Below, piece after piece: positions 12,766 to 25,620 of a stretch of DNA of 64,000 nucleotides; positions within the stretch are counted from its first letter, which is position 1, and each line of letters starts with the position of its first letter. The DNA is from Callorhinchus milii. Its lineage: Eukaryota. The stretch spans positions 35,032,001 to 35,096,000 of the forward strand of contig NW_024704742.1 in NCBI RefSeq assembly GCF_018977255.1. The letters run 5' to 3'. The notes beneath the pieces are model-generated. The model had not been told where the DNA came from, did not search any database, and saw nothing but the letters and a program-made list of their open reading frames with translations. The position numbers and the translations under genes were made by a program.

Positions 12766-12874
12766 CACATTACATCCCATTATTTCAAATGTGTTATTGA
12801 TGATTTGGATGTCATTCCCTTACATCTTAATGAAGTTTGCGCACTGTTATATTCTCACTTTGTTTTTTTTATAG

Positions 12875-12999
12875 GGACAAAGGTCAGCCACTTCTCGCAG
12901 GCTGACCTTGCGGCTCGCAGCATCCAGTACGTGCACACCAGTGATGAAGAAAAGCATTCAGACGATTTCACCTTTTCAGTGTCTGATGGTGCCAATGAG
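12875..12999 (+). CDS. FRAS1: FRAS1 window exon 13 (TKVSHFSQADLAARSIQYVH...SDGANE)
   Basis: ATAG| acceptor, AG|GTACGG donor. Confidence 0.95.
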
Positions 13000-13634
13000 G
13001 TACGGTGAAATTACTATTTAAGCGGTGAAAATAAAATCATACAAAGCACACTGTATCAAATTCCAATACTGAATAGTGCTTAGCAAATGTGATTCCTCAA
13101 CTACTGTAAACATCAGTCAAACCAGGCTCCAATGTCAATTACCAGGTACTCAAATAGTACAGAAATCTTTTTAACTAACATGATTTAACCTTATTTTTAT
13201 AATTGCACGGATGCAAATGTTCATTTGTCAAAAACAAGAACAAGTACGATGAGAATATTGGTAAATGCTGAGCCTGTTATTGTTACCTTGTGTCATCCAT
13301 TTAACCTGCAAGTTCATCGAACGGTATATTAATTTTAGTGCAGCATAGTAGTTCTACTATTTGGCATGTGTAACCATATGTCAATTATGTGTTAAACAAT
13401 TAAGGGAATTACCTTAATAATGATATTATGTAATTAACAACCTGTTTTGTTTTAATTAATTAGGTAATTACCTCTGTACACACGTTTACATATGCATGAC
13501 TCGCATAACAGACCCAATGATTTTACTGTTGGAAATAAGAGTTCAGTGCTTAAAGATTTTTTGTATTTTGTACTGCCTCAGTTCCTGTAGGCTCCCATTA
13601 AAGGCAGTGTTGTGTCCTCTTTTTGTGACCATAG

Positions 13635-13775
13635 GTGGCCCAAACCTTTTATATTACTATTCGGCCTGTGGATGACTCCCTGCCTGTGGTTCAGATTCCT
13701 GGAATGCGAGTGCAAGAGGGAGTGAGGAAGACTATCACAGAATTTGAGCTGAAGGCCACAGATGCAGACACTGAG
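13635..13775 (+). CDS. FRAS1: FRAS1 window exon 14 (VAQTFYITIRPVDDSLPVV...DADTE)
   Basis: ATAG| acceptor, AG|GTAAGT donor. Confidence 0.95.
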
Positions 13776-13870
13776 GTAAGTCTTTTTTTGAAACTGCACC
13801 CTGCCTTTGTCTCAGTGTGATGAGATATAGTCTGGATGTGTCTCCAGTATAAAGTTATTGACAGAGTGTT

Positions 13871-14165
13871 ACAACAACAACAACTTGGATTTATATAGTG
13901 CCCTCCACTCCGGACGGCGTCTCAGAGCGCTTCACAATAACGGATCCTGGGGCCGAGCCATGGGGAGGGGGAAGAAGGTGATCAAAGGCACGGTCGAAAA
14001 GAAAGGTCTTTAGCCGAGACCTGAAAGTAGGAAGAGAGTAGGGGCCCCTGAAAGTAGGGGCGAAGGGAGTGAGGAAGGGAGTTCCCGAGCCTCGGGTGTA
14101 GTGGCTAAAGGCACGGCTGCCAAGGGTGGACCGGAGAATTCGGGGGACAAGGAGGAGGCCAGACC
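13871..14165 (-). mobile_element. L2 LINE 3' fragment
   Basis: (CAA)n tail; RLKTFLFDRAF; close to the 62719-62870 copy. Confidence 0.85.
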
Positions 14166-14574
14166 CGATTACAGTTTCCAACACTCAGCTCAGAGCAACC
14201 ACACTTAACAACGCCAAATAAAACTAACAAAAAACATTTTAAAGTGAAATATTCCCCCCCCCTCCCCCATTCACAGTTGGTAAGGGAAACTTCTTTCCCT
14301 AATACCTTATTTTATTTGCAAGTTGGTCATATTATTAAAGCCCTATTGAAGCCTCTTCAATAAAGAGGACAGTGATGTTCTTGTGATCTGAGTTTATTTA
14401 TTTTTGAATGCTTAAGGTTACTGTAAGACCTTGTGACTTTTCTGTTTTAATATATTTCTCCAGCCTCTCTCCAATTACAGTGTTTTTCTTTAGGGCGATC
14501 TTTCAAGAGTTTTATATATTAAAATGTGAATTTGTTTTATTATTATATGATGGATTCAGGAGATTTTATATTAC

Positions 14575-14970
14575 AGCAACAACAATAAAATTACATTTGT
14601 AAAGCGCTTTTCACATCGGGAGGACGTCCCAAGGTACTGTACAGACCGAGTTACGGACGCAAGCTGGGGGTCGGGGTCGTGGAGGGCAGGGTGGTGAAGC
14701 AGGGAGATTGAAAGCACGGTCGAAGAGGAGGGTCTTGAGATGGGTCTTGAAGGCGGCAAGGGAGGGGCAAGGTGGAGGGACTGCGGGATGGAGATCCAGA
14801 GAGTGAGGCCAGAATGGCAGAAGGCCCGCCCGCCAATAGTGGGGTGGGCGAGACGGGGGACGTGAAGCAGGCCAGAGCCCGCTGAGTGGAGGAAGTTAGT
14901 AGGATGGTAGGCGGTTAGGAGATTGCAGAGGTAGGGGGGAGCAAGACCATGGAGGGGTTTGAAGGTGAGA
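14575..14970 (-). mobile_element. L2 LINE 3' fragment
   Basis: Close to 11860-12240. Confidence 0.85.
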
Positions 14971-15053
14971 CACTATTACTGGAATATTGTGAATTTCTCC
15001 ATCTGTATTGTAGTTTTATTTGCCTGGTAATTCTATAATCTCTAACATTACAG

Positions 15054-15281
15054 GCTGAATCAGTGACCTTTACCATTGTGCAACCCCCTCGCCATGGAAC
15101 CATTGAACGAACCAACAGTGGCCACCACTATCGTCAGACTAACACCTTCACTATGGATGACATTTACCAGAACCATATCAGCTACAACCACGATGGCAGC
15201 AATTCTCTGAAAGACCGCTTCTCTTTCACAGTATCTGACGGGACTAATCCGTTTTTCATTGTTGAAGAAGGAGGCAAGGAG
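15054..15281 (+). CDS. FRAS1: FRAS1 window exon 15 (AESVTFTIVQPPRHGTIER...EEGGKE)
   Basis: ACAG| acceptor, AG|GTGAGC donor. Confidence 0.96.
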
Positions 15282-15889
15282 GTGAGCTGTTATGTATCCT
15301 TAATAAAGGACTGAAATCTACATTTTAATCAATCGGAAAATCAAATTTCCTTTTTAGCTTTCAGTTCTTTTAGAAGCTTTCTTTCCATTCCAAAACCCAG
15401 TGGAAGGTACACCCACGTTTTCGAGCCACCTTTGAGAAAGGTATTTGTGGGAGAGGGAGAGAGTCGTGGTTTCAGGCAACAAGAGACTGTATTAAATATC
15501 ATGAAGTCCTTGAACTGACTATATCACTCAGCACTAGAGTTGTTAATTAAGAATCAAAACTTCACAATTTTCATCCCAATATTTCAAGGAAATATTCAGG
15601 AATTTGTTATTCTCAATAAGTTCAAGATTCAAATATCCTTTGTAGCACTCAGGCTATCTCTAACTCATTGAAGTTCATGGACAGAATAAAATTAATAATA
15701 ATAATATCTTATATTTAATATAGCGTCTCATCATGTTAAAACATCTCATGAGTGAAGTGTGGTGATTTTGAAAACTTGCATCATCTGCCTCTTTACTTAT
15801 CCTACCTGTACAGTGATTTAAGGGAACATTTGTAAGAGGTTTGTTTTTACTACCTGTGTCTTATTTTATTTTTAATTGTGTGGCCCCAG

Positions 15890-16003
15890 ATTGTGACTGC
15901 TGCTTCCCAGAAGTTTAAGATTGACATCCTCCCTGTGGATGACGGGACACCCAGAATTGTTACCAACCTGGGACTGCAATGGCTGGAGTACATCGATGGC
16001 AAA
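15890..16003 (+). CDS. FRAS1: FRAS1 window exon 16 (IVTAASQKFKIDILPVDDGTPRIVTNLGLQWLEYIDGK)
   Basis: CCAG| acceptor, |GTAATA donor. Confidence 0.95.
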
Positions 16004-16829
16004 GTAATATTGACCACTTTCTTTATTCTCAGCTGAAAGTGACATGTAATTACACAGGGAGCAAAAGAGCTACATTGGGTGCAGGTTAATAACATCTGTG
16101 CTATGAGCCCTTCATTGTAATCGATATTAGTTTATGAGGCAAAGTTCAAATATTAAAATGATCATCTAGTCTGACTTCTGGTGGAATATTTGTCATGAAA
16201 TTCTAGAGGGTTCTTTTTTTATCTGGAGCTTTGAATTGTCTTCCAGGACTCCTGTACCATTTGGGGCAAACCGGAGAGCTGTCTTTTTGCTGCAGAATTC
16301 ATAGAAGTTATTCTCTAATAGTCATTAAATGTACTGAATTTGGATGTGGGGATTCTTACTCTATCCTAGTTGGTAAAATTAAGAGCCTTGGGATTGAGCT
16401 ATAGTAGAGTTATCGATCCAACGCTGATAAAATGCCTTTAGTGTGACTTACAGTTTGTTGAATGCATTGCCAAAGTCAATGCAAAGTTACACTTTGATGC
16501 TAAATTATGATCTTGTAAAGAAACGTAAAAGTATTTTAAATTTAAGCTCATGTCAGGTAATCGGATCTCCTTATTTTCAGTAGTCAAGCCTAAAGTAGAA
16601 TTGACGCAAGAAGTTTTTTTGTATTGCCAATTTACATAATGCGTATGGAAACAAACAAAATGCAGAATATATTGCACTTGTGGAAAGGACTTAGACAATT
16701 CTTCCCTAGTTTCTTTCTCCCATTTATTTGCATAGGGATGAATTTGTTATTCAGCACTTTGCCATCACGTGCGTTTTATCTATTGAACTATTATGGGCAT
16801 AACACATTTTGAGCATAGCAATATTCTAC

Positions 16830-17112
16830 TAACAGCCATAAAGTGAATGACTAATTTTATTTGGGGATTGTTAACCAGGACACCCGTAGAAACACTTTTC
16901 AAATAATCTCATGGGATTTTTAACGTTTACCATTACCAGGCAGATGTGATGTTAGGTTAAAGTCTCAACCCAATGACAACACTTCTGACAGTGCAGTACT
17001 CCCCTGCACTGGAGTCTCAGCCTAGCTTTGAGCTCAAAGTCCCAAAGTAGGACTTGAACCCATAAACTTCGAAATCAGAGGTCAGAGTGCTATCAACTGA
17101 GCCAGGCTGACA
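16830..17112 (-). mobile_element. Deu-like SINE fragment with tRNA head
   Basis: ...CTTGAACCC...GAGTGCTATCAACTGAGCCA on the + strand. Confidence 0.7.
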
Positions 17113-17311
17113 CCTGCTCATACTTAAAATGTCACAGGTTGTTTAATTTGTAAACATGCATATTCATACCTGTCAGTAGAAATTCGTTACTCCCAGATTT
17201 ATGCACATTATTGTAATATAATTCTTAACCTCCTGTTGTATTCTGATTCATCTAATTGCATTATTCACAGAATATTATTATTGTTGGTAATTGATGCTCC
17301 TTTGAATGTAG

Positions 17312-17462
17312 GCGATCAATTTGATTACAAAGAAGGAGTTATTGACCATGGATCCTGACACTGAAGACAAGCAACTGGTTTATCAGATAACTACAGAACC
17401 AAAACATGGGCATCTGGAGAGTAAGCTGAAGCCTGGATCCCCTCTAACAACATTCACACAAG
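17312..17462 (+). CDS. FRAS1: FRAS1 window exon 17 (AINLITKKELLTMDPDTED...TFTQ)
   Basis: GTAG| acceptor, AG|GTGAGA donor. Confidence 0.95.
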
Positions 17463-17494
17463 GTGAGATTTGATGCATCAGTTCTATTGGTGTC

Positions 17495-17810
17495 CAACAA
17501 CAACTTGGGTTTATATAGCGGCCTGCACGTAGGGTAACGTCTCAGAGCACTGTACAGTGGTAGAGTTTGACCCTGAGCAAGGAAGAATGAGAGGTGACCA
17601 TAGGCACATTTGAAGAGGTAGGTTTTCATGTGGGATTTAAAAATAGATAAAGTGAGAGGGAGGCGCCAAGTCAGGGAGCTCCAGAGATTGGGGGCGTAGT
17701 GACTGAAGGCATTAGTGGTGGAATGGAGGTGTCGGGGAAAGTGCAGCAGGCTTTTGTTAGCTGAGCGAAGAGAATGGGCAGAAGAGGAGGATATGAGCAG
17801 GTTAGATACC
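17495..17810 (-). mobile_element. L2 LINE 3' fragment (diverged)
   Basis: (CAA)n tail; KTYLFKCAY. Confidence 0.7.
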
Positions 17811-18488
17811 GACAGCAGAGGCTGTTAAGAAAGCAATCTCAGCATGACCGCCAAAGTTCACCACTACAAAATATGTTTGGTTTGCCAATTGATCATTGTA
17901 TTGCCTCTATTAATGTGTCATTCATATATGTCTCATGGCTACAACAGGTTAACAGTCAATTATACTGAGGGGAGGCTGCAGTCTTCCTATCATAACCCAG
18001 GTTTGGAACTATACAATAGTGAATAAATTACCAAGGATAGATCATAAATGCCTGTTCATCATGTGAGCCAACTACTGTCCGGACATCTGTAATTGCAGAA
18101 TAGGATATAGATTCTTTGGAAATTAGTTGTGATCATCTGAAGAGCATTATGCTGCATGAGAAATTGTTTTGAAATCATTTTGAAATCACTGTCCTGCCTG
18201 AGTATGATGTTTAGGGATCTAAACTCAACTGATGTAATAATGTAGCCTACCGTCCTGATTGCTTTGTTTATTGCTGCCCCATATTGTTTTGACATAGCGA
18301 GCAATGAGTCAACTAACACCCTAGATCTCTTTCAGCTTCCCCTTTGGCAAGTTCAATCCTATTCATGGAGTACTTGTGTTTCCTATTTTTGGATCCTGTA
18401 TCTAGTGCCTTGCATTTATCAGTATTAAACTTAATTCGTCAAATGTCCATTCTGTGTAAAACCTCTGCATCTGTTTGTTTCCTTGCAG

Positions 18489-18648
18489 AGGAAGTTAACC
18501 TGGGTTTGATCCACTACGTGTTGAACGAAGACAAGATCCAGGAGACAATGGACACTTTTAAGTTTTCAGTGAAAGATAGCAAACCTAATATTGTCAGTGA
18601 CAATGTTTTCCACATCCAGTGGTCTCTCATCAGCTTTGAGTATACCAG
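18489..18648 (+). CDS. FRAS1: FRAS1 window exon 18 (EVNLGLIHYVL...KDSKPNIVSDNVFHIQWSLISFEYT)
   Basis: TGCAG| acceptor, AG|GTAGAT donor. Confidence 0.95.
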
Positions 18649-19401
18649 GTAGATCTCCTTCACACTCTATTCTGAGTCAAATATACTAACTGCCAGGGGT
18701 TTCATGGCCTTGCCTGGCCTCAGGAGGTCAATAGGGACAAGTGTATTTCTGATTCCTGGAAATTGCAGCACTTGTGGGCAGTTAAAAGCATGTTTTATGA
18801 AATGTAATGCAAAGCTACTGTAGGCAGGACTTTAAGGCAAAGCAGTAGGAAATAGGTTAATTACCACATTTGTACATATAATAATAATACTTGCATTTGT
18901 TATAGTGCTTTTCACATCAGGAGGACTTCTCATAGTGCGTTAGAGATTTAGTATAGTCAGTGACTGTGTATTTTGTAGGAGAACAAACGAGTGCTCTATC
19001 TTGGCTAGTCCTATTCAAGGAAAGCATCGCACAGAGCCTAAAGTACCACTCCACAAAGCAGAAAGACCAAAGATCCACCTCAGGGCACTCTCACACATCA
19101 TCTCCCAACATGAAAGGCACTAAATATGTAAATTTGTATTCTATTGTATCTAGCACATGCTTATAGAGGGGCCAGGTCACCTGTCCTTTTAGCCAGATGT
19201 AGTGACGGCATGGGTTACCAAAGAGGGGAAACTTAGATCAAGGATTGATAATATTTCCAATAACACTGTTCCATAGTCAGATAAATCTTATCTAAAGTAG
19301 CAAAATTTTCTGTGATCTGCTGAAGACCAATTTGCTTAACATGTCAGGAAAACAATGCTTTAGATACCAATCCCTCACACAGCCACTGTGTCTGTCTGCA
19401 G

Positions 19402-19570
19402 TTACAATGTGAGTGAGAAGGCCGGTTCTATCAGTGTCACAGTGAAGAGGAGCGGCAATCTCAATCAGTATGCTATTGTGCTCTGTCGCACTGAACAGGG
19501 TACAGCAACCTCTACCTCTGGTGCTGGCTCAAAGCTGGGGCAACAGGACTATGTGGAGTACGCAGGGCAG
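19402..19570 (+). CDS. FRAS1: FRAS1 window exon 19 (Calx-beta 1: YNVSEKAGSISVTV...DYVEYAGQ)
   Basis: TGCAG| acceptor, AG|GTATGT donor. Confidence 0.96.
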
Positions 19571-20678
19571 GTATGTACATGATTGAGATACGTAGGGCAA
19601 AACAAATAACAGAAACCTTTAATTAAGAAATGTAACCTGGGAGTCAGTTGTCTGAACCTTTTACTGTAAACGTTTAAAGTGGATATTTCATTTTGACTCT
19701 TTTGAAAGGGCATCAGTTCCACTAAACATTTAGTGACTAACAATGTAAGGCAATATGAAATCTTACCTTGATCCTAATTTCTTTAATGGAATTTTTATGC
19801 TTTGACAATTGATCTGTATGTTTTCCACTTAATGAGAAGTTATCAGTTTTCCTCTCCAATGATTTACCAGCAAGCACATAAATGCACAGTGGAATGCATA
19901 CACATGTTTTCAAGGCTTTCAGGCTTTGTCTCAATGACGACAAACTGTTCAGTCGTATATTTGTCTTGTGTGCCTATGGTAATTAGTGACTCTATAGGTT
20001 GGCGTGATTGGACTGGGCTGGAGTTGTGGTATGTAAAGAATGTTTAAAACATTAGAAAGATTATTTTATTGGCTACAAATCTAGCCACATTTAATGGGAT
20101 AGAGGTAAGAGTCTAATTTGGAATGATTGAATGCAGGGTTGACCTACTTCCAAATGAATGCAAGTTCACAGCTCAAATCTCCCCATGATTCAACACACGT
20201 TTTAAACTAAGCTAGAGAGACCATAGGGTGGGTGAAATGAAAGTTCTCAACCGATTTCAGTAGAGCTGTGCTTGATCTGAAGATAGATTTAAGATGCATT
20301 GTGAATGCAGAATGGAGAGAGCTTTTCTCTCGCTAAACGTTACCTATGATTGACTACTCAATGTTGATGCAGTATGCAAAGTGTAACAGTGTGCCTTTTT
20401 TCCAATATTAACATGTTTCATCTTCATAGCCACAAAGCTTTACAAACAAAAAATTATCGAAAATAAACGGATCAAAACGTTTCAGTTGTGTAATAACTTG
20501 CCCGTCTATCACCATTTCATGTAGTTAAATGTTTCAAAGCACTTAGGAGGAACCAAATTCAAAAGGTATCAAAGGGCCTGATTAATAATGGTTGGTATAA
20601 AATGCAAGATTGTCCATTTATCTTTGTACAGTGCAGACAAAATAAAATTGCCTTCATATGATTTGCTTCCTCAAACAG

Positions 20679-20925
20679 GTTCAATTTGATGAGAGGGAAG
20701 ATATGAAAGCATGCACCATAATCATAAATGATGACCAGGTGTTTGAAAACATTGAAAGCTTTAACGTGGAGTTGAGCATGCCTGCATATGCCTTGCTAGG
20801 TCAGACAACAAGAGCCAAAGTGAACATCAACGACACGGAAGACGAGCCCACCCTTCAGTTTGATAAGAAAATGTACCGAGTTAACGAAAGTGCTGGATTT
20901 CTGCTTGCACCGATGGAGCGCAAAG
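20679..20925 (+). CDS. FRAS1: FRAS1 window exon 20 (VQFDERED...INDTEDEPTLQF...MERK)
   Basis: ACAG| acceptor, G|GTCAGA donor. Confidence 0.96.
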
Positions 20926-21388
20926 GTCAGACATGCTCTCGTTTGTTTACAACTGTGTTTAAAGTGCAGCATTTGCAAATCAGAAGTCAGGATTGTGGAT
21001 TGTTTTCAGGTCCTATTATAGGTTGAGAAAGGCTTTCCTAGTTGGATTGTAAAGTACTGATTGCAAAACTGGCTTTGCCAGCCTTAGGGAGCATAGATTT
21101 TTAAGTGAAGGTAATTAATTACTAATACAGCAAAGGGAGTAATTAGGAGGATTTGTTTTACACAGAGGGATTTTAGGATGCGGTTGTTCTACATAGAATT
21201 GTGGTTGATACATAATCCATATAATAATAATAATTCTTGTATTTGATATTATAATAATCCTTACATTTGATATAGAGCCTTATCATTTCTTCAAGACTTG
21301 TCAAAGCGCTTCACAGAATATACAATAAAGTAAATTGACTGTATATTTTGTGGGCAAAACGCAGCAGCCAATTGTGCATAGCAGTGTT

Positions 21389-23240
21389 TGTAAGAGATTC
21401 GGACGGAGACGATCAATATGATTGTGTAATAATGCAAGGTTTATTAACTAATACAAATAGCTTAACTTATTCTTAAAACTGAGACCACAGATACCTTAAA
21501 ATCGATATTGATTCCACTGGGAAGTGTGCTGACCCTCCACACAACTTGACCGACATCTGTAGGCATGATGCTCAGGTTTCCCAAAATTATAACACATTCG
21601 TGGTCTTTTCCTGGGACCTTAACTTCCTCTTCTCTTTCCTTGTCCCATTCTATGAAGGTGTCTCTTTACTGCTGTCACTTCTCCTGCCTCAGACCCCTTC
21701 TGCTGTTTTATCATTCTCTGAGGTGTAATCATGTCCCAACCCTGGGAAACAGTCTCTATTACAATCCAGCCATAATGTAATCTTGTTTACAGATGCCCCT
21801 AGATACACCCTCAATTCTGGCAATAACTGTTTTAAGAAAGTTAATTTAAATTGAGGATCTGCCATTGCAGGGACAGGCCTGACAATAACACCCAGAACAG
21901 CATTTGCTCCTGCAGCCACAGATGCTGGTGATGAAGCTTGGGTTGCCTGCATGGCTAGTTCGTGCACATTGAATAGACATGCTGAAAAAGCCCTTGGGTG
22001 TTCTATTGGTCCCTGCTTCATTTCACTGGTCTTTCACATTAAAACTTCCTAATCCCATCCCAAGACAGTTAAAGTACCTCATTGCTATTGCTGTTTAGTA
22101 GTTGCCGGAGCATGTAAATCACCTGGGACAGTGCTCCTGACATCTCCCGAACATGCAGCCTTGATTACTTCCCCATGCTCTTCATTGTTTAATTCTGGGT
22201 GTTGAGCCCCGAAGGTTACCATATGGTGCATAGCATCAGCTGGGTCAGTAGTCATATTTATGGCTCATAACTCGGAAGCCAATGCTTTTACCTCCGTATT
22301 TGTGATTTACAATGGTGTGACCCTGCAGTACTCCAGCATGATCAAACTTGTTAGTTCTTACTATGACGGCTACTGGCAAGGGCTCCTCGTCGAGGGGTGG
22401 CCTACTTCCCCAAACGGGAGCAGGAGGCGGTGATGGTGATTCTATTGATGGATTATAGTACAGGCGTTCCTTATCTTCCAGATCATCCCAATTAATATCA
22501 TCCCCATCATTCCCGTTCTGGGTCATAAGACTCTCTGCAACTTTTCTGGCATAAATTGTTCTTGCTTTTTCTTGTTCTAACTCCCTCTTACAAGCCTTAT
22601 GATTTTCTTGATTTGGAGGGCGGTTTCTGTAAAGCCGCTCTCAAAGCTGCTCTAGTTTCATACGAATTATCTTTTAGTTTTGCCAATTCGCCTTTCAATT
22701 CTGCATTTTCTTGGCTAGTAATGGTTGAAGCAATGCACTGCACAGCTGTTGTGGCAAGATAATGCTTTAATTCAGATACTCTGGCGCGCAAGAGTTTCTC
22801 ACTCTCTCTCATGCCCTTCTCTGCTCTTTCCTTTTAATGTCTCTTGCCATTCTCTATTCTTTTGTTTTAATTCCTGTAATTTCCCTTGCTCTTTTCTGTG
22901 AGTAACTCCAGCTCCCACACACTGTGCCATATTAGTGACTAGCTGAGACAGTAACTCAGATACTTTGCCCAATAAATTTATTTTCTCCTGTTTTATCTCT
23001 GACAGTTCTTGCTGCACACACTCTAGTTATTGCTGCGTGTATTTTACTTTCTCTTCACTTCTCTCCATACAACAAAGCGCCACACATCACCAACAACTAT
23101 TTGGCCCGCTTCACTTTAATCTGACCTTCATAAACTTCTTTATCAAAGTGATTTCTTATCTCCTTATAGACTGGACTCTTTTTGGTTATCAGCAGAAGTA
23201 ATCCCTCGTTGCCCGCAATCCCGGACAACTTTTTCTCCAT
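21389..23240 (-). mobile_element. Intronic LTR-element relic: decayed gag-like frames plus putative 3' LTR (21389-21763)
   Basis: Collinear broken minus-strand frames (coiled coil, acidic/Pro-rich segment, MHR-like KQGPIEHPRAF). LTR-like 375 bp with TGTAAGAG...CTCTATTACA termini and a minus-strand AATAAA. Confidence 0.65.
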
Positions 23241-24281
23241 CTATTTGTGCTATACAGTCAGCTTTTAAGAAAGAATTGGATAAAAATCTTAAAAAGAAGC
23301 ATTTAACAGGATGTGGGGGGAAATGCAAGAATGGGACTAAACAAATAGCTCTTTCAGAAAGCCTGCCCAGGCACCTTCTGTGCTGGAAATGCCTCTGGTT
23401 CTATAATTTAAGATTTACTTCTTTGATCTCTTTTGGTCATCTCTATACCCACTCCCACCCCCCTTCAGGTTGCAAATCTATTGTCAATCCACATGTGACC
23501 AATATTACTAATTCCCATTCCACCGGAAGCAAAACTTAGATTGTTGACCATTTATAAAGTGCTGACACTGCCCGTTTCTGGCAACAGACTGGGTTTTCAG
23601 CCTGATCATAAAATCTAACCAGAACAATGAGCTAGAGATAGATGATAGGAGATCTAGAGCCAGTGCTAAGATTAGATAACCTTGGGGAAATCCTTGGGGA
23701 TTTTCCAGTATTAGCTCATATCCCAAGTGTGGTAAACTTACCTTTACGCAGAGCATCGGGGTCCCTTATTCTTCCCCCAAACCTTGCCTGTGCTATTTTG
23801 GGGGGACGGAGATACAGAGTGACCAAAAAGTCGTTGCAATGTCTTAAAGAAATGATTTTTTTTGCATAATAGGGTAGATATCATGACGTTTTGGTCAGCT
23901 ATATAAGACTCCTGAGTAGGATCTAACAAAACACACAGTCATTACACTTTACAGTATATCCTGTGAAGTGCTTTGAGACGTATCAACGACATGATAAGGC
24001 TCTGTATCAAATGCAAGGATTATTATTATTTTCAGCAGTCAACATAAGTTGGTACCCACCATCCTACAGTCTATCTAAAGAAGACAGCAAATAAGCATTC
24101 TTGCAATGTACATCCCCGAAGCCATTCATGAAGAAATTTGGCTGTTAGTTTACAAATTCAAGCAAAGCTGGCGGAAGTGCTGTAATAGTAGGTACTGAAA
24201 GAGGAGTGTTCAAAACACCACCCAGTTTCTTATCAAACACTCCTTACTTTATGTAACACTTTTAATTCTGAGTTAGAGTGT

Positions 24282-24724
24282 CATCCTGGCTCATTGGTAG
24301 CAATCTCAACTCGGTGAGTCAGAAGGTTGTGGGTTCAAGACCCACATCTTAATTGGAATCACATAGTCTAAGCTGATACTCCAGTGCAGTAATGGGGGGG
24401 TGTTGCATTGTCAGAGGTGCCATCCTTCGGATGAAACATTAAACCAAGATCTCATTTGTTTGTTCAAGCGGACGTTAAAGATTCCACGATACTGTTCGAA
24501 AAGAGAAGGGAGTTTGTCCTGGTGTCCTAGCCCCTACATTCCCCAAATAATGTTGGTCACTCACTCCATGGCTGTGTATGGGACATAGCTGTGCACAAAC
24601 TGGTTGCCTCATTTTGCCCACAAAATGCACAATGCTGACACTGCCCACCTCTGGCACAGTACATCCTGCGAAGCACTCTCGACAAGGTGATAAGGCGCTC
24701 TATCAAATGCAAGGATTATTTATT
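24282..24724 (+). mobile_element. tRNA-headed SINE with Deu-like central domain and L2-like tail (SacSINE1/AmnSINE-like)
   Basis: A/B-box head TGGCTCATTGGTAG...GGTTCAAGACCC; core TGCATTGTCAGAGGTGCC...GGATGAAACATTAAACC...GGTGTCCT; tail ATCAAATGCAAGGATTATT. Confidence 0.75.
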
Positions 24725-25275
24725 GGTTTGAAGCGCAGCAGGTAATTGGTAAGGACCTATTGTCAGGCTGAATGGCATGTTGGACGTATACCAAGGAATT
24801 TAACATCCCTCAGATGATTTAACATGAGCTGAAGCCAAGTGGTAAAATAACAAGCAGTATGTTCAAGCATTAGTTGTTAGCACACACTTTGCAGTTCATT
24901 ACTGCTATTGGATCACTACACGTCTTAGCGGTTTTGTTTTACCACTTGTAATAAAGTAAATAACCACAATTTAAAATGATAGTCACACACAAGAGTTGTG
25001 TGAAAAAATTAACTAGAATTCAAAATGAAGCTTTGTAGAGTGAGTCTTCTGGTTGTTTTACAACAGTGTAAGAGCCAGCCTTCGCTTTTATTCTAGCAGA
25101 ACTCAAATTGTTATTTTCGGCTACAAACCAGCTGTTTTCTCACAGATTGCTACTGGACTGTATCAGGCAAACAGACAGGGCGCTGCAGTCTCTTGACGAC
25201 AATTCCATATAATTCTGATTAACCTGTAAATAAACCAGAATGCACATAAATCTCTGAATTGTCATCGCTCCGTAG

Positions 25276-25620
25276 GAGATACCAGCAGTACCGTCTCTGC
25301 AATCTGTTACACTGTCCCCAAAACGGCCAAGGGTAGCAGCCTGCACGCCTTGGAGTCTGGCTCAGATTTCAAGTCCAGGGGAATGACAAATGAAAATCGT
25401 GTGGTCTTTGGCCCTGGTGTAAGCATGTCAACGTGCGACATCAAGCTGATTGATGACAGTGAATACGAGGAGGAAGAAGACTTTGAGATCGCCCTGGCTG
25501 ATGCATCCCACAATGCACGCCTCGGGGAAGTTGCAGTTGCCAAAGTTATGATAAATGGTCCCAACGATGCCTCGCTTGTATTTCTCGGAAACTCTTCTTT
25601 CACTGTTAGTGAAGATGCAG
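25276..25620 (+). CDS. FRAS1: FRAS1 window exon 21 (Calx-beta 2: DTSSTVSAICYTVPK...SEDA)
   Basis: GTAG| acceptor, AG|GTATGT donor. Confidence 0.96.

Noticed and set aside
23405..23920. 5' LTR and PBS of the intronic gag element
   Set aside because: No match to 21389-21763 and no convincing tRNA-complementary PBS found; it may be leader sequence, but this is unsupported.
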